From Candidatus Saccharimonadota bacterium (GTDB lineage: Bacteria > Pseudomonadota > Alphaproteobacteria > CAJXXZ01 > 1604HC), in assembly GCF_008189285.1 (NCBI RefSeq), contig NZ_CP043315.1:450001-482000 (forward strand): 32,000 nt of DNA. The letters are read 5' to 3'. Below, in pieces: positions 1-12,284 of this stretch. Position numbers and translations under genes: made by a program. The notes below the pieces were generated by a model. It was not told where the DNA came from. It searched no databases and worked only from the letters and a program-made list of their open reading frames with translations. The first letter of the stretch is position 1, and the number at the start of each line of letters is the position of its first letter.

Positions 1-78
1 TTTCAATTGATAGCAAATAATGGAGAAAATGCTGGCCAAGAAATCTTCCATATGCATTTTCATCTCTTAATTGATTAA
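1..78 (+). CDS. HIT (histidine triad) family hydrolase, C-terminal fragment; the 5' end lies outside the window
   Basis: Frame 1 reads FQLIANNGENAGQEIFHMHFHLLID*. AGQ followed by H-x-H-x-H-x-x is the histidine-triad signature. TAA stop at 76-78. Confidence 0.6.
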   Translation, partial: FQLIANNGENAGQEIFHMHFHLLID

Positions 79-204
79 TATATTTCATATATCAACCGAT
101 GGTTATTGATTGATATATTTCATATATCAACCGATGGTTATTGATTGATATATTTCATATATCAACCGATGGATGTTATTGATTGATATCTTTCATATAT
201 CAAC
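71..204. repeat. Tandem repeat, 35-bp unit x ~4 (third unit has a 3-bp insertion); each unit contains the palindrome TTGATATAT-TTC-ATATATCAA
   Basis: Units start at 71, 106, 141 and 179. The unit ttgattgatatatttcatatatcaaccgatggtta was read directly. It lies between the convergent 3' ends of the HIT gene and tsaD. Confidence 0.9.
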
Positions 205-272
205 TTACCAAATCTAAATGTAAAATCAGAATAATGCTTCGCAAATTTATAACAATAAATCTCTTCTAATAA

Positions 273-1277
273 TTATGCACTTACATCTATTTGATCTATT
301 TTATAATCTGGAACAGGTCTCATATTATAGCTTGAAAACATTCCTTTCTGATAATATAAATATCCAGTATAACCAATCATCATTCCATTATCTCTGCATA
401 ATTTAGGATCTGGAATAAAAATATCTTTGCCATATTCATCGCATAAATCAGTCAAATGGCTTCTTATATATAAATTTGAAGCAACTCCACCGGCAAATAC
501 CCAAGATTTTACTTCATACTTATCCCAAGTGTTTTTCAATCTTGAAGCAATAGATTTTACAATTACTTGCTGCAATCCTAGACATAAATCACTTTTAACT
601 TGCTCAGATTTATCGCTGCTTTCCCAAAATCTCATTGCTGCAGTTTTTAACCCAGAAAATGAAAAATTCATCGATCCATCATTTCTCAAAGGCTCTGTAA
701 ATTTAACTGGATTATTCGAATTTTTAGCACACTGCTCCATATGCGGACCAGCAGGATTTTCAAACCCTAGGCATCGCCCTACCTTATCAAGCATTTCCCC
801 AACTGCATCATCTATTGAATGACCTAAAATTTCATATTTTCCAAATTCTCTTGCCAAAACTATACATGTATGACCTCCAGAAACCAATAAAATTCCAAAT
901 GGAAATTCCAAATTACTGTTCCATTTAGCTATTAACGCATGAGCCTCTAAATGGTGAACTCCTATGAAAGGAATACTTAACCCCCAAGCAAGTGATTTTG
1001 AATACTGAACCCCAACCATCAAGCTTCCCAGTAATCCAGGCCCCTTTGTAGCAGAAATAAAACTCAAATCAGTTAAAGATAAATTGTGTTTATTTAAAAT
1101 ATTATCAAGCAAATTAGGCAAAATAGACATATGTTCTCTAGAAGCATATTCAGGGACAACTCCACCAAAATCAGAGAAATTGTGCGTTACAATTTCATTG
1201 GCTAGGCATTTTTCATTCTTCATAAGAGCTACAGCTGTATCATCACAACTAGTTTCTATTCCAACATAATAAACCAT
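273..1277 (-). CDS. tsaD: tRNA N6-adenosine threonylcarbamoyltransferase TsaD (Kae1/Gcp family)
   Basis: 334-aa ORF. N-terminal VGIETSCDDTAVAL and GVHHLEAHAL metal-binding motifs, plus a C-terminal GGVASN motif, are typical of TsaD. Confidence 0.9.
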   Translation of the reverse strand: MVYYVGIETSCDDTAVALMKNEKCLANEIVTHNFSDFGGVVPEYASREHMSILPNLLDNILNKHNLSLTDLSFISATKGPGLLGSLMVGVQYSKSLAWGLSIPFIGVHHLEAHALIAKWNSNLEFPFGILLVSGGHTCIVLAREFGKYEILGHSIDDAVGEMLDKVGRCLGFENPAGPHMEQCAKNSNNPVKFTEPLRNDGSMNFSFSGLKTAAMRFWESSDKSEQVKSDLCLGLQQVIVKSIASRLKNTWDKYEVKSWVFAGGVASNLYIRSHLTDLCDEYGKDIFIPDPKLCRDNGMMIGYTGYLYYQKGMFSSYNMRPVPDYKIDQIDVSA

Positions 1278-1334
1278 AATTAATCATGATTTATAACTCA
1301 AAAAACATCAACGCTTACATTTAATGCTTGATTT

Positions 1335-1432
1335 AATGAATTTTATGAAATGAAATTTATCTCTAATGAATTTTATGAAATGAAATTTATCTCTAATGAA
1401 TTTTATGAAATGAAATTTATCTCTAATGAATT
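1335..1432. repeat. Tandem repeat, 30-bp unit x 3.3 (aatgaattttatgaaatgaaatttatctct)
   Basis: Perfect copies at 1335-1364, 1365-1394 and 1395-1424, then a partial copy to 1432. It lies between the tRNA-Gly 3' end and the tsaD start on the minus strand. Confidence 0.9.
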
Positions 1433-1508
1433 AAATTCTATGAATTGCTTTCTCGCATAACTGTTATTTATTTTAATTAAATTATTGAAAATTATATTAG
1501 TATAAAAA

Positions 1509-1583
1509 TGGAGCGGGCGAAGGGATTCGAACCCTCGACCCCAACCTTGGCAAGGTTGTGCTCTACCACTGAGCCACGCCCGC
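1509..1583 (-). tRNA. tRNA-Gly (anticodon GCC), CCA end encoded
   Basis: The reverse complement GCGGGCGTGGCTCAGTGGTAGAGCACAACCTTGCCAAGGTTGGGGTCGAGGGTTCGAATCCCTTCGCCCGCTCCA folds as a 75-nt cloverleaf. It has a 7-bp acceptor stem, D arm GCTC/GAGC, anticodon stem CAACC/GGTTG with loop TTGCCAA, and a T arm with loop TTCGAAT. It is a GC-rich island in AT-rich DNA. Confidence 0.92.
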
Positions 1584-1910
1584 TTCATCATTAACTATGC
1601 TATATTTCTAGCAAAAAGTAAATATATTAAGTGGAAAATCAATCAATAATATTAAAAATTCTTTTGCAATTAATTGTTAATTTAAATGATAATCTGTAAA
1701 ATCCCTTCATGCTTAATGGTTGATTTAAAAATTATTTATATAACACTCAAAACAAACTTTAATATACAAATCATGCATTTAAATAAATCTTTCTGAATAC
1801 TTCTAGAATTTTTCTGTTATTTTTTTTGTAATTATATTATCGTATTGCCTAAAATAATTAGATTGCATTTGATTAATTATTGAAAAGCATTGTTAATTAA
1901 TTTAGAAATA

Positions 1911-2753
1911 TTATTCCACTATATATTGATCTATCAATCTTGCTAATTTTTCACAAAACATTTCATCTGGGATTCCAAAATTCTTTGTATATGGGTCAAA
2001 ATGCATTTGAAATGCCTTTATAGCATCTCCTGTTTTACTATCTGCTTTTCCATTTAATGGACAATCGTATCCATATTTATGTAAATAATTCTGAACCCAT
2101 GACACAGAAATCGAACTAGGAATCTCAACTTTATTCAGAGAAGTCTCCATGTCTGGCCACGCTCCAATTCCATGATCATGAATCATTTTCCATGGAAAAA
2201 CAGGGCCTGGATCAAATTTCCTTCCTAAAGCAACATCGCTGTGACCAACTATATTATGAGGCTTGATATCGTACCGAAAAATAATTTCTTTGCAAACAGA
2301 AATAATAGAATCAATTTGACATGCATTGTACGGATGCCACTTCTTTTCGCATGCATATGCGCACTTTTCTATTTCTTTTTCAGAAAAATATTTGAATGAT
2401 TCATCTCTTGTGTATCCAAAATTAGTAATTTCAATGCCGATAGAATGATCATTTATATTTTTAATTCCATTCCAATAACTCACGCCAGCATGAAAAGCGC
2501 TATATTTTTCATCAACAAGTCTAAATATAGTTCCTGCATTTCCTACCAAATAATGAGCACTTGCTTGAGATTTTTTATCGCACATCCAATTCACCGCATT
2601 GTCATTGCATGAAGTAGTATAATGCAAAACCAAAATTCTTGGATTAATTCCTTTTCTATCTCGAAAATTGGGAGATGAATAACTAAAATCATACACAGCT
2701 GAATGCACTCCAATCAAGAAAAAAGAAATAAATAATTTTGCAAAATATTTCAT
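1911..2753 (-). CDS. N-acetylmuramoyl-L-alanine amidase (Amidase_2, AmpD/AmiD type) with C-terminal peptidoglycan-binding domain
   Basis: The ORF runs 1911-2816. I place the start at the ATG at 2753, which gives a signal-peptide-like MKYFAKLFISFFLIGVHSA. Amidase_2 core: ILVLHYT, SAHYLV, AFHAG, HSIGIEI, GHSD. The tail YLHKYGYDCPLNGKADSKTGDAIKAFQ resembles PG_binding_1. Confidence 0.8.
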   Translation of the reverse strand: MKYFAKLFISFFLIGVHSAVYDFSYSSPNFRDRKGINPRILVLHYTTSCNDNAVNWMCDKKSQASAHYLVGNAGTIFRLVDEKYSAFHAGVSYWNGIKNINDHSIGIEITNFGYTRDESFKYFSEKEIEKCAYACEKKWHPYNACQIDSIISVCKEIIFRYDIKPHNIVGHSDVALGRKFDPGPVFPWKMIHDHGIGAWPDMETSLNKVEIPSSISVSWVQNYLHKYGYDCPLNGKADSKTGDAIKAFQMHFDPYTKNFGIPDEMFCEKLARLIDQYIVE

Positions 2754-2794
2754 GTTCAATCGTACCATAAATGAAAAGCAAATCAAAAAATTAG

Positions 2795-3319
2795 TTGATT
2801 GTTGTACAAATGACAACTATAATGGTATCAATTATGAACTTAAAAAATATTCTCAAGATTATACCTAAAGAATACATAAAGCAATTTTCGAAAGATATTA
2901 ATTATATTGTAACCACTAGAAATGCATTGCCAAGCTTATGGAGCTCAATGCCTGTTTCAGGGATAAATGCATTAGATTTGCTTGATTTGTCTAGTTTTTC
3001 TAAGGAAATAATTCAACATATACGCAATTCCTCTACGTGGACAGATTTTAATGAAATAATATCTCAAATAAGCAAAATCGTTCTTAAGGATGAAATAACT
3101 CATGCGCATATTACAATAGCAAGTAAAAATGAAGAGTTAGAATCAGAGCTTAAACAGTACATACTAAGAGCTGACAAAGAGGCAAACATTAAATTTAAGT
3201 ATAAAACAAATATACTTGGAGGATTTTTAATAGACATAGGATCTATCAGAATTGATGGATCTTATGTTAATATGTTGAGTAAATTTATTGGAGAATTGAA
3301 TGAATCGCTTAAATTTTGA
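2795..3319 (+). CDS. atpH: ATP synthase F1 subunit delta (OSCP)
   Basis: The C-terminus NILGGFLIDIGSIRIDGSYVNMLSKF matches the delta/OSCP signature. It lies directly upstream of and overlaps atpA. The start is uncertain: TTG at 2795, or ATG at 2810, 2822 or 2834. Confidence 0.7.
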   Translation: MIVVQMTTIMVSIMNLKNILKIIPKEYIKQFSKDINYIVTTRNALPSLWSSMPVSGINALDLLDLSSFSKEIIQHIRNSSTWTDFNEIISQISKIVLKDEITHAHITIASKNEELESELKQYILRADKEANIKFKYKTNILGGFLIDIGSIRIDGSYVNMLSKFIGELNESLKF

Positions 3320-4816
3320 AGACATCGTAAATGGAATTAAATCTAAAATAGATTCTATGAACACAAATATAGATATATATGAAACTGGAAAAGTTGAAAC
3401 TGCATCAGATGGAATATGCAATATTCTAGGATTGTCTGATGCTATATATGGAGAAGTGGTCATTTTTGAAAACAAGCAAAAAGGATTGATAGTAGAGCTT
3501 CTGGAAGACAGCGCTAAAATTGCAATACTAGACTCTAATCCTAGCGTTAAATCAGGAATGATGGTTTATAGAACAAAAAAGATTTTAAGCGTTAAAGTTG
3601 GACCAGAAATGCTTGGAAGAACTGTAAATGCTTTTGGAGAACCTATAGATGGAAAAGGAGAAATCGAAACCAGCTTGGAAAGAGTGGTTATGTCAGAATC
3701 TCCTCAAATTATAGATAGAAAAAAAGTTACGCAACCTCTTTATACTGGAGTAAAAATGATTGATGCTCTAATTCCAATAGGATATGGGCAAAGAGAGTTA
3801 ATTCTTGGAGATAGAAGAACTGGGAAAACTACAATAGCAATCGGAACTATTTTAAATCAAAAAAAACATTATGAAGAAGGCAATCCTATATATTGTGTTT
3901 ATGTTTGCATTGGTAAAAAAGCTTCTGAAGCAGCAAAGTTAGTTCATTATCTAGAAGAGCAAGGAGCAATGAATTATTCTACATTTGTAGTGGCATCTGC
4001 AGATGATCCAGCAATATTCCAACATTTAGCTCCTTATGTAGGAACTGCTATAGCAGAATATTATAGAGATAATGGAAAACACGCATTGATTATTTATGAT
4101 GATTTATCAAAACATGCCATTGCTTACAGAGAAATCTCCCTATTGCTAAAAAGATTCCCAGGAAGAGAAGCGTATCCTGGAGATATTTTCTTTGTTCACT
4201 CTAGTTTGCTTGAAAGAGCTGCATGTATGAGTGATGAAAAAGGAGGCGGATCTCTAACAGCAATACCTATAATTGAAACATTGGAAGGTGATATTTCTTC
4301 ATATATTTCTACGAATGTTATTTCTATTACAGATGGGCAAATCTTCATGGATAAAAATCTTTTTCTTTATGGTCAAAGACCAGCTATTAATACAAATATA
4401 TCAGTAAGTAGAGTTGGTGGATCAGCTCAAACACAGGCTATGAGAAAAGTTTCAGGAATGCTTAAGTTGGAATTAGCTCAATATGCTGAATTAAAAGAAT
4501 TTTCGCGATTCCTTACAGATATAGATGATACAACTAAAAAAGCATTAAGGAGAGGAGAAGCTGTAACTAAAATATTAAGACAGGGTGCAAGTCAGCTATA
4601 TTCTTTTGAAGATGAAGTTTTGGTTATATTTGCTTGTAATGCAGGTTATTTTGATCATTTTAATCCAGATCATTTGGAAGAAGTTGAGAAGAATTTCTTG
4701 TTAAAATTCAAAAAAGAGCATCCTGAAATAGTAGAAAAATTGATAACCAATAAAGTGATTAACGATGAAATTGATAATACAATTAAAAGATTTATCAAAA
4801 AATCTAAGGAGCAATC

Positions 4817-4820
<4 letters not shown>
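3300..4820 (+). CDS. atpA: ATP synthase F1 subunit alpha
   Basis: 506 aa. Walker A GDRRTGKTTIA, plus YDDLSKHAIAYREISLLLKRFPGREAYPGDIFFVHSSLLERA. GGAGA RBS lies upstream of the ATG at 3300. Confidence 0.97.
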
Positions 4821-7159
<2,339 letters not shown>

Positions 7160-7160
<1 letters not shown>

Positions 7161-7543
7161 TGTTTCTTTCAATACTTTCTGGAAACAATGAAATTATACA
7201 TGAAAGTGTTCATATGATAGGATTTAGCTCTTCTCATGGAATGAGGGCTATATACACAGGTCACCAAAATTTTATAACCTCTATTCCTGCAAATTTATTA
7301 TTTGTGCTTTTTGAAAAAGGTCATAAATTATACTCAATTGGAGATTCTATGATTAAAAAGAAAAAAGAAAATCTTTATGTAATAACAAATTGCATCAATA
7401 AAAATCAAAAGTATAAAATACAAACTTCATTGGAAAAAATCTGGAAAGAAAAATATGATGGATACAAACCCACATGGACAAAAGAAAATTGGTTTGAAAA
7501 AAATATTGACCAAGCCAAAGATTTAGCTAAGAAAATTAGTTAA
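7160..7543 (+). CDS. atpC: ATP synthase F1 subunit epsilon (divergent)
   Basis: TAATG overlap with the atpD stop. 127 aa, which is the expected size and position. GMRAIYTGHQNFITS resembles the epsilon G-x-x-G-I-L-x-G-H motif. Confidence 0.65.
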
Positions 7544-7892
7544 CTTAACATTGATTAAATTAACTAAAATAAAAAACTAAATACAATGCTATCTTAACTT
7601 CTATAATTCAAGAAATAAAATCTAATTACACTTAAAAGAAATCAACTAGATATCTGAAGAGTTATGCATTTTTTTCATTTTAAAATTATTCTTTTAAAAA
7701 TTAGAAACATTGCACTGATGAAAAGTTAAAATATATCACTCTTATGAGAAATTCATTTGAAGAACTAAAATGTATTTGCACCTTTCTCTATTAAAAATTT
7801 ATTCATCAATTATATAACCATATTAAAAACTTTCTTAACATTTTCAAAATGCCTAATTGCTTCATTTGCAAAATATAATTAATATTAGTTAT

Positions 7893-9482
7893 ATGTCCAT
7901 AGTAGACGCAATAAAATCTTCAGTAAAATTATCAGATGTTGTGAAAAGGTACTTTAATATCAATGATCATGGAAAGAAAATGTATATTTCATGCCCTTTT
8001 CATAATGAAAAAAGCCCTTCATGCATTATTCAGGATGATGTAAATCTTTTTCACTGCTTTGGATGCGGAGCAAGCGGAGATATGATTAAATTCGTTGAAA
8101 AAATGGATAACATACCATTTATAGATGCATGCAAGAAAATCGCTGATTGGTTTCATATAAAATACTCTTTCGATAAAAGTAGCAATAAAAAAGATTTCAA
8201 TTTACATGCGATGAAAAATCTATCTACTTGGTTTATGAATAATTTAAACCAACACATGCATGCAATCGAGTATCTAAAAAATAGAGGAATTAATTACCAA
8301 TCTATTCAAAAGTTTCAAATAGGATGGATTCCAAGTACGCATGAAGTGTATAAATTTTGCAGGGCAAATGACATAACTATTAATATAATGGAAAATATAG
8401 GATTCAAGAAAAGTCTATTAAATATATTTCAAAACAGAATAATAATGCCAATATATAATGGAAGTAATGTATGCGCTTTTGGAGCAAGAAAAATCAATGA
8501 TGGATACGGCCCTAAATACATCAATAGCCCTGAGACACAATATTTCAAAAAATCTAAAATACTTTATGGGATGAATTTAATCAATAAATCAAAGCCAATA
8601 ATTTTGACAGAAGGGTATATGGATACAGTTTCGCTTCATCAATATGATATAAATGCCGTTGCATCAAATGGAACTGCAATCTCACATGATCATATCAAGC
8701 AAGTATGCGATATAAATCAAGAATTAATAGTTTGTTTAGATGGAGACAATGCGGGATTAAATGGCATGAGAAGAATAATAGATTTAATATTACCTCATTT
8801 AGATGAAAATTATCTAATTTCGTTTATTATTCTTCCAAATCAAGAGGATCCAGATTCATTCTTAAGAAAAAATGGAAAAGAAAAGTGGAACGAATTAATA
8901 GAAGATAGAATTCCATTAGTGGAAGCATGTTGGAAATTATTCTTCAAAACAAGCAATATACCTGAACTGCAATATAAATATTACAAAGAGTTATTGGATT
9001 TGGGAGACAAGATTAAAAACTATAACATAAAAGAATTGTATAAGAAAAAATGGAAAGATCTTTGGAAACAAGAAGTTATGCAGTATAAAAAATACTCTAA
9101 ACAAGGAAATGCTTCAAATTCAAATCCAAAATTAAATCATACAATTCCAAATATGAAACATGTGTATGAAAAAATATTAATCGCAACTATTTTAAAAAAT
9201 CCAGATGTATATGATGAAATATGTGATGAATTTTTAAAGATAGATTTATCTGAAAATATGAGCAAAATGCATGACTTAATTCCAGAATGGATAAAAAAGA
9301 ATAACAAAAGCCTTGACTTTTTTGATCAAAAAGGATGCACTAGTTTGGTGAAGCTATGCCTTTCTGACAATATAATACAATTAGCTCCTTTCGCATTTTG
9401 CGAAAATAGTAAAGAAAATTTAGTCAAAGCATGGCAATTTATATTTAACAAGCATGGAGAAAACAATGGAACAAACAATTGA
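7893..9482 (+). CDS. dnaG: DNA primase
   Basis: CHC2 zinc finger [11 protein letters not shown]...[16 protein letters not shown] motifs EGYMDT and LDGDNAG. The first ATG is at 7893; the ORF track begins at TTG 7857. Confidence 0.9.
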   Translation: MSIVDAIKSSVKLSDVVKRYFNINDHGKKMYISCPFHNEKSPSCIIQDDVNLFHCFGCGASGDMIKFVEKMDNIPFIDACKKIADWFHIKYSFDKSSNKKDFNLHAMKNLSTWFMNNLNQHMHAIEYLKNRGINYQSIQKFQIGWIPSTHEVYKFCRANDITINIMENIGFKKSLLNIFQNRIIMPIYNGSNVCAFGARKINDGYGPKYINSPETQYFKKSKILYGMNLINKSKPIILTEGYMDTVSLHQYDINAVASNGTAISHDHIKQVCDINQELIVCLDGDNAGLNGMRRIIDLILPHLDENYLISFIILPNQEDPDSFLRKNGKEKWNELIEDRIPLVEACWKLFFKTSNIPELQYKYYKELLDLGDKIKNYNIKELYKKKWKDLWKQEVMQYKKYSKQGNASNSNPKLNHTIPNMKHVYEKILIATILKNPDVYDEICDEFLKIDLSENMSKMHDLIPEWIKKNNKSLDFFDQKGCTSLVKLCLSDNIIQLAPFAFCENSKENLVKAWQFIFNKHGENNGTNN

Positions 9483-11184
9483 TAATGATTTTTTTCTAAA
9501 CAATGATAATGAGGATAAAAAAGTAGAAGTTAAGCCCAATCCAGAAGAAGAGCTGATTTTTGACGGATTAAAAACAAGCAAAGGCGCGGTAAATGATGAT
9601 CCTGTAAGAATGTATTTGCGAGAAATGGGAAATGTTCCTCTTTTATCAAGAGAAGAAGAAGTAGAAGTTGCAAAGAAAATAGAAGAAGGAAGCGATCTTA
9701 TGATACGCGCTGTATGCGAAAGCACTATCACTATTAAAAGAATTTTAGAGTGGTATGAAGCTATAAAATCAAAAAACATGCACCCATCTGAGTTAATTGA
9801 TGCAGAAGAAACAAGCAGTGAAGAATGCTTTGAAACTACAGATGGCACTACAGATAAATCTGCTGAAGATACAGATAAATCTGCTGCTAAAACTGCAGAT
9901 AAACCTGTTGCTAAAACTGCAGAAAAATCTGCTTCAACTAAATCAGCTACAGCATCTAATGAGGAAGAGGAAGAGGACGAAGCATATGACCTAAAGTCTC
10001 TAGAAAAAAATATGCAAAATCTTCAAAAAGTGCATGGAAAATTTGCTAAAGCTCAAAACAAAAGATTTCAATGCATTAAAGAAGGAAAAGAAGTAGATAA
10101 AAAAATAATACAAGAATATGATAAATTTCACCAAGAATTGGTAGATTGCATCATTAGTTTGAGAATTAGTTACTCATGCATAGATAAATTAATTCATGAA
10201 ATGTATGCACTGAACAAAGAAATAATAAAGCTAGAAATTAACTTAATTAAGCTTGCAGAAAAACAAGGAATAAAGAGAAATATATTTGTGGCTCATATGA
10301 ATAAAACTCCTATTGAGCATGCGAAAGTTAAAGAATTTTTTGAAAAAAATGATGGATTTATAAATGAAAATGAAATGAAAATGAAATGCATTACTAATCA
10401 TATTGATTTGCCATTGCAAGAATTTAAGAGGATAATTAAAAATCTTAGAAAAGGCGAAAAAGTCATGTCTAAGAATAAAAACATCATGGTTTCAGCCAAT
10501 CTTAGACTTGTAATTTCAATAGCTAAGAAATACACAAACAGAGGATTGCAGTTTCTTGATTTAATTCAAGAGGGAAATATTGGTCTTATGAAAGCTGTTG
10601 ATAAATTTGAATACAGCAGAGGATATAAATTCTCTACATATGCTACTTGGTGGATCAGACAGGCAATTACTAGAGCAATAGCAGATCAAGCAAGAACAAT
10701 TCGTATTCCAGTTCACATGATTGAAACAATTAATAGAGTTGTAAAGGCTTCAAGACAGCTAATGCATGAAAATGGAAAAGAGCCAACTGCAGAAGAAATT
10801 GGAGAATATTTGGCTATTCCTGTAGAGCGAGTAAGGCGTGTGCAAAAAATATCCAAAGAACCTGTAAGTCTTGAATTGCCAGTTGGAAGCAGTGAAGATG
10901 GACAGTTAGTTGATTTTATTGAAGATCAAAATGCTGCATCTCCTACTGATGCCATGTTGCAAGCAAGTATCAAAAATGCTATTTCAAAAGCATTCTCTCA
11001 TCTAACAAGTCGTGAAGAAACATTAGTCAGAATGAGGTTTGGAGTAGGAACTAAGAGTGATCATACTTTGGAAGAAGTTGGAGAAAAATTCAAAGTTACT
11101 AGAGAGAGAATCAGACAAATCGAAGCAAAAGCGATCAGAAAACTATTCAGCTCCAAAACATTACGATCACTATATAACAATTAA
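9454..11184 (+). CDS. rpoD: RNA polymerase primary sigma factor (sigma-70) with an acidic, repetitive low-complexity insert
   Basis: Region 2: [54 protein letters not shown]. Region 4: [27 protein letters not shown]. Insert: [29 protein letters not shown]...EEEEEDE, around 9840-9990. It overlaps the dnaG end by 29 nt. Confidence 0.95.
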   Translation: MEKTMEQTIDNDFFLNNDNEDKKVEVKPNPEEELIFDGLKTSKGAVNDDPVRMYLREMGNVPLLSREEEVEVAKKIEEGSDLMIRAVCESTITIKRILEWYEAIKSKNMHPSELIDAEETSSEECFETTDGTTDKSAEDTDKSAAKTADKPVAKTAEKSASTKSATASNEEEEEDEAYDLKSLEKNMQNLQKVHGKFAKAQNKRFQCIKEGKEVDKKIIQEYDKFHQELVDCIISLRISYSCIDKLIHEMYALNKEIIKLEINLIKLAEKQGIKRNIFVAHMNKTPIEHAKVKEFFEKNDGFINENEMKMKCITNHIDLPLQEFKRIIKNLRKGEKVMSKNKNIMVSANLRLVISIAKKYTNRGLQFLDLIQEGNIGLMKAVDKFEYSRGYKFSTYATWWIRQAITRAIADQARTIRIPVHMIETINRVVKASRQLMHENGKEPTAEEIGEYLAIPVERVRRVQKISKEPVSLELPVGSSEDGQLVDFIEDQNAASPTDAMLQASIKNAISKAFSHLTSREETLVRMRFGVGTKSDHTLEEVGEKFKVTRERIRQIEAKAIRKLFSSKTLRSLYNN

Positions 11185-11543
11185 TATTTTCAATATTTCA
11201 TATTTATGGCGATAATTAATGACTGATCATTGAGAAATATCAAATTTCAACAGCTATTCAATAGAATTTAATTGATGGCTTTTATTTAAATTATAATTTT
11301 GTTGAAATCTAATTACTTGATCTCAATTTCACTGCAATGCAATTATTTTACTTAGACTTTTATGCAATTTAATTGCTTTATCTCAATTTCACTACAACCT
11401 ACTGTTTTTTAACTCATAATTTTACATATATCAATTTAATACATGCTTACATTAAACTCATTAATATCAAACTGCAAAATCTAAGTTAGAGCTTATGGAG
11501 AATTGCAGATATATAATTTTACTTCGAACTATTGCGATAGAGG

Positions 11544-12278
11544 TTATTTTTGCGCTTGTGAGCGTTGCTGTGTATGCATTATTCCCTGAACTTGCTGATG
11601 ATGCACTGGAGATTGTGGTTGCGTTGGAAATTGGGATTGACTAGGATTCTGTTGCATCATTTGTTGCTGAGGTTGCATCATTGGAGGCTGTTGATGCTGT
11701 ACATGATGCTGATGTTGATTTAGTTGTGGCGCTGGAGCTGCATATGGGTGTTGCGCTGGAGACTGTGGTTGCGTTGGAAATTGGGATTGATTAGAATTCT
11801 GTTGCATCATTTGTTGCTGAGGTTGCATCATTGGAGGCTGTTGATGCTGCACATGATACTGATGTTGATTTAGTTGTGGCGCTGGAGCTGCATATGGGTG
11901 TTGCGCTGGAGACTGTGGTTGCGGAATCATCTGATTTGGTTGTGCATGTTGATGATTCTGCGATTGTGGTTGCGTTGGAGCTTGGGATTGACTAGGATTC
12001 TGTTGCATCACTTGTTGCTGTTGAGGAGCTATATATTGCGGTTGTGGCATCATTGCAACTGCATACTGCTGATGAGCTTGCTGCTGTGTTGGAACTTGGG
12101 ATTGATTAGAATTCTGTTGCATCATTTGTTGCTGAGGTTGCATCATTGGAGGCTGTTGATGCTGTACATGATGCTGATGTTGATTTAGCTGTGGCGCTGG
12201 AGGCTGTGGTTGAGCTTGCAGTTGTTGATATTGATGAGGTTGAGCTTGTTGAACCCCTATTTGATACTGTTGCTGCAC
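11544..12278 (-). CDS. Gln/Pro/His-rich repeat ORF; probably the severed C-terminal tail of the upstream MBL-fold gene (same frame, single TAA between) rather than an independent gene
   Basis: 244 codons from GTG at 12278. No Shine-Dalgarno sequence upstream; the first in-frame ATG is 44 codons in. The upstream ORF already ends Q-rich (ATQQSQMQQQS*). Composition is much more GC-rich than the surroundings. Confidence 0.35.
   Translation of the reverse strand: MQQQYQIGVQQAQPHQYQQLQAQPQPPAPQLNQHQHHVQHQQPPMMQPQQQMMQQNSNQSQVPTQQQAHQQYAVAMMPQPQYIAPQQQQVMQQNPSQSQAPTQPQSQNHQHAQPNQMIPQPQSPAQHPYAAPAPQLNQHQYHVQHQQPPMMQPQQQMMQQNSNQSQFPTQPQSPAQHPYAAPAPQLNQHQHHVQHQQPPMMQPQQQMMQQNPSQSQFPTQPQSPVHHQQVQGIMHTQQRSQAQK
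11631..12230. repeat. Coding tandem/interspersed repeat, ~150-bp (50-aa) unit
   Basis: The anchor ttgggattga(c/t)tag(g/a)attctgttgcatca recurs at 11631, 11781, 11982 and 12096. Copies 1 and 2 are exactly 150 bp apart and nearly identical. They encode QHPYAAPAPQLNQHQHHVQHQQPPMMQPQQQMMQQN(S/P)(N/S)QSQFPTQPQSPA. Confidence 0.85.
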
Positions 12279-12284
12279 TTGAAC

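Noticed and set aside
71-204. Possible CRISPR array (also considered for 1335-1432 and 29079-29150)
   Set aside because: The repeats are directly abutting with no unique spacers. The arrays are tiny and no cas genes are present. They are plain tandem duplications.
427-822. Antisense ORFs inside well-supported genes. Examples: 427-822, 1084-1269, 3227-3475, 5279-5485, 5672-6110, 9420-9848, 9797-9994, 12957-13757, 14457-15348, 15882-17569, 17607-18081, 18464-18688, 19989-20204, 21161-21484, 22315-22542, 23854-24105, 25307-25510, 26296-26560, 27898-28134 and 31485-31673.
   Set aside because: Each lies opposite to or out of frame with a gene that has clear family motifs. They have low-complexity or hydrophobic shadow composition and no start signals, so I treat them as non-coding shadow ORFs.
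1403-1591. 62-aa ORF on the minus strand
   Set aside because: It is created by reading through the GC-rich tRNA-Gly gene and the 30-bp tandem repeat. The tRNA cloverleaf explains the region.
9840-9990. Imperfect repeats in rpoD (gataaatctgctg..., [18 protein letters not shown]) as an unusual feature
   Set aside because: Sigma-70 proteins commonly carry variable acidic, low-complexity spacers between regions 1 and 2. I noted this in the feature evidence but do not consider it anomalous.
11185-11543. Short repeated motif atctcaatttcact(g/a)caa (two copies, ~11321 and ~11373) and weak hairpins after rpoD
   Set aside because: The copies are imperfect and short, and the stems are only ~5 bp in AT-rich DNA. 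That is not enough to call a terminator or repeat element.
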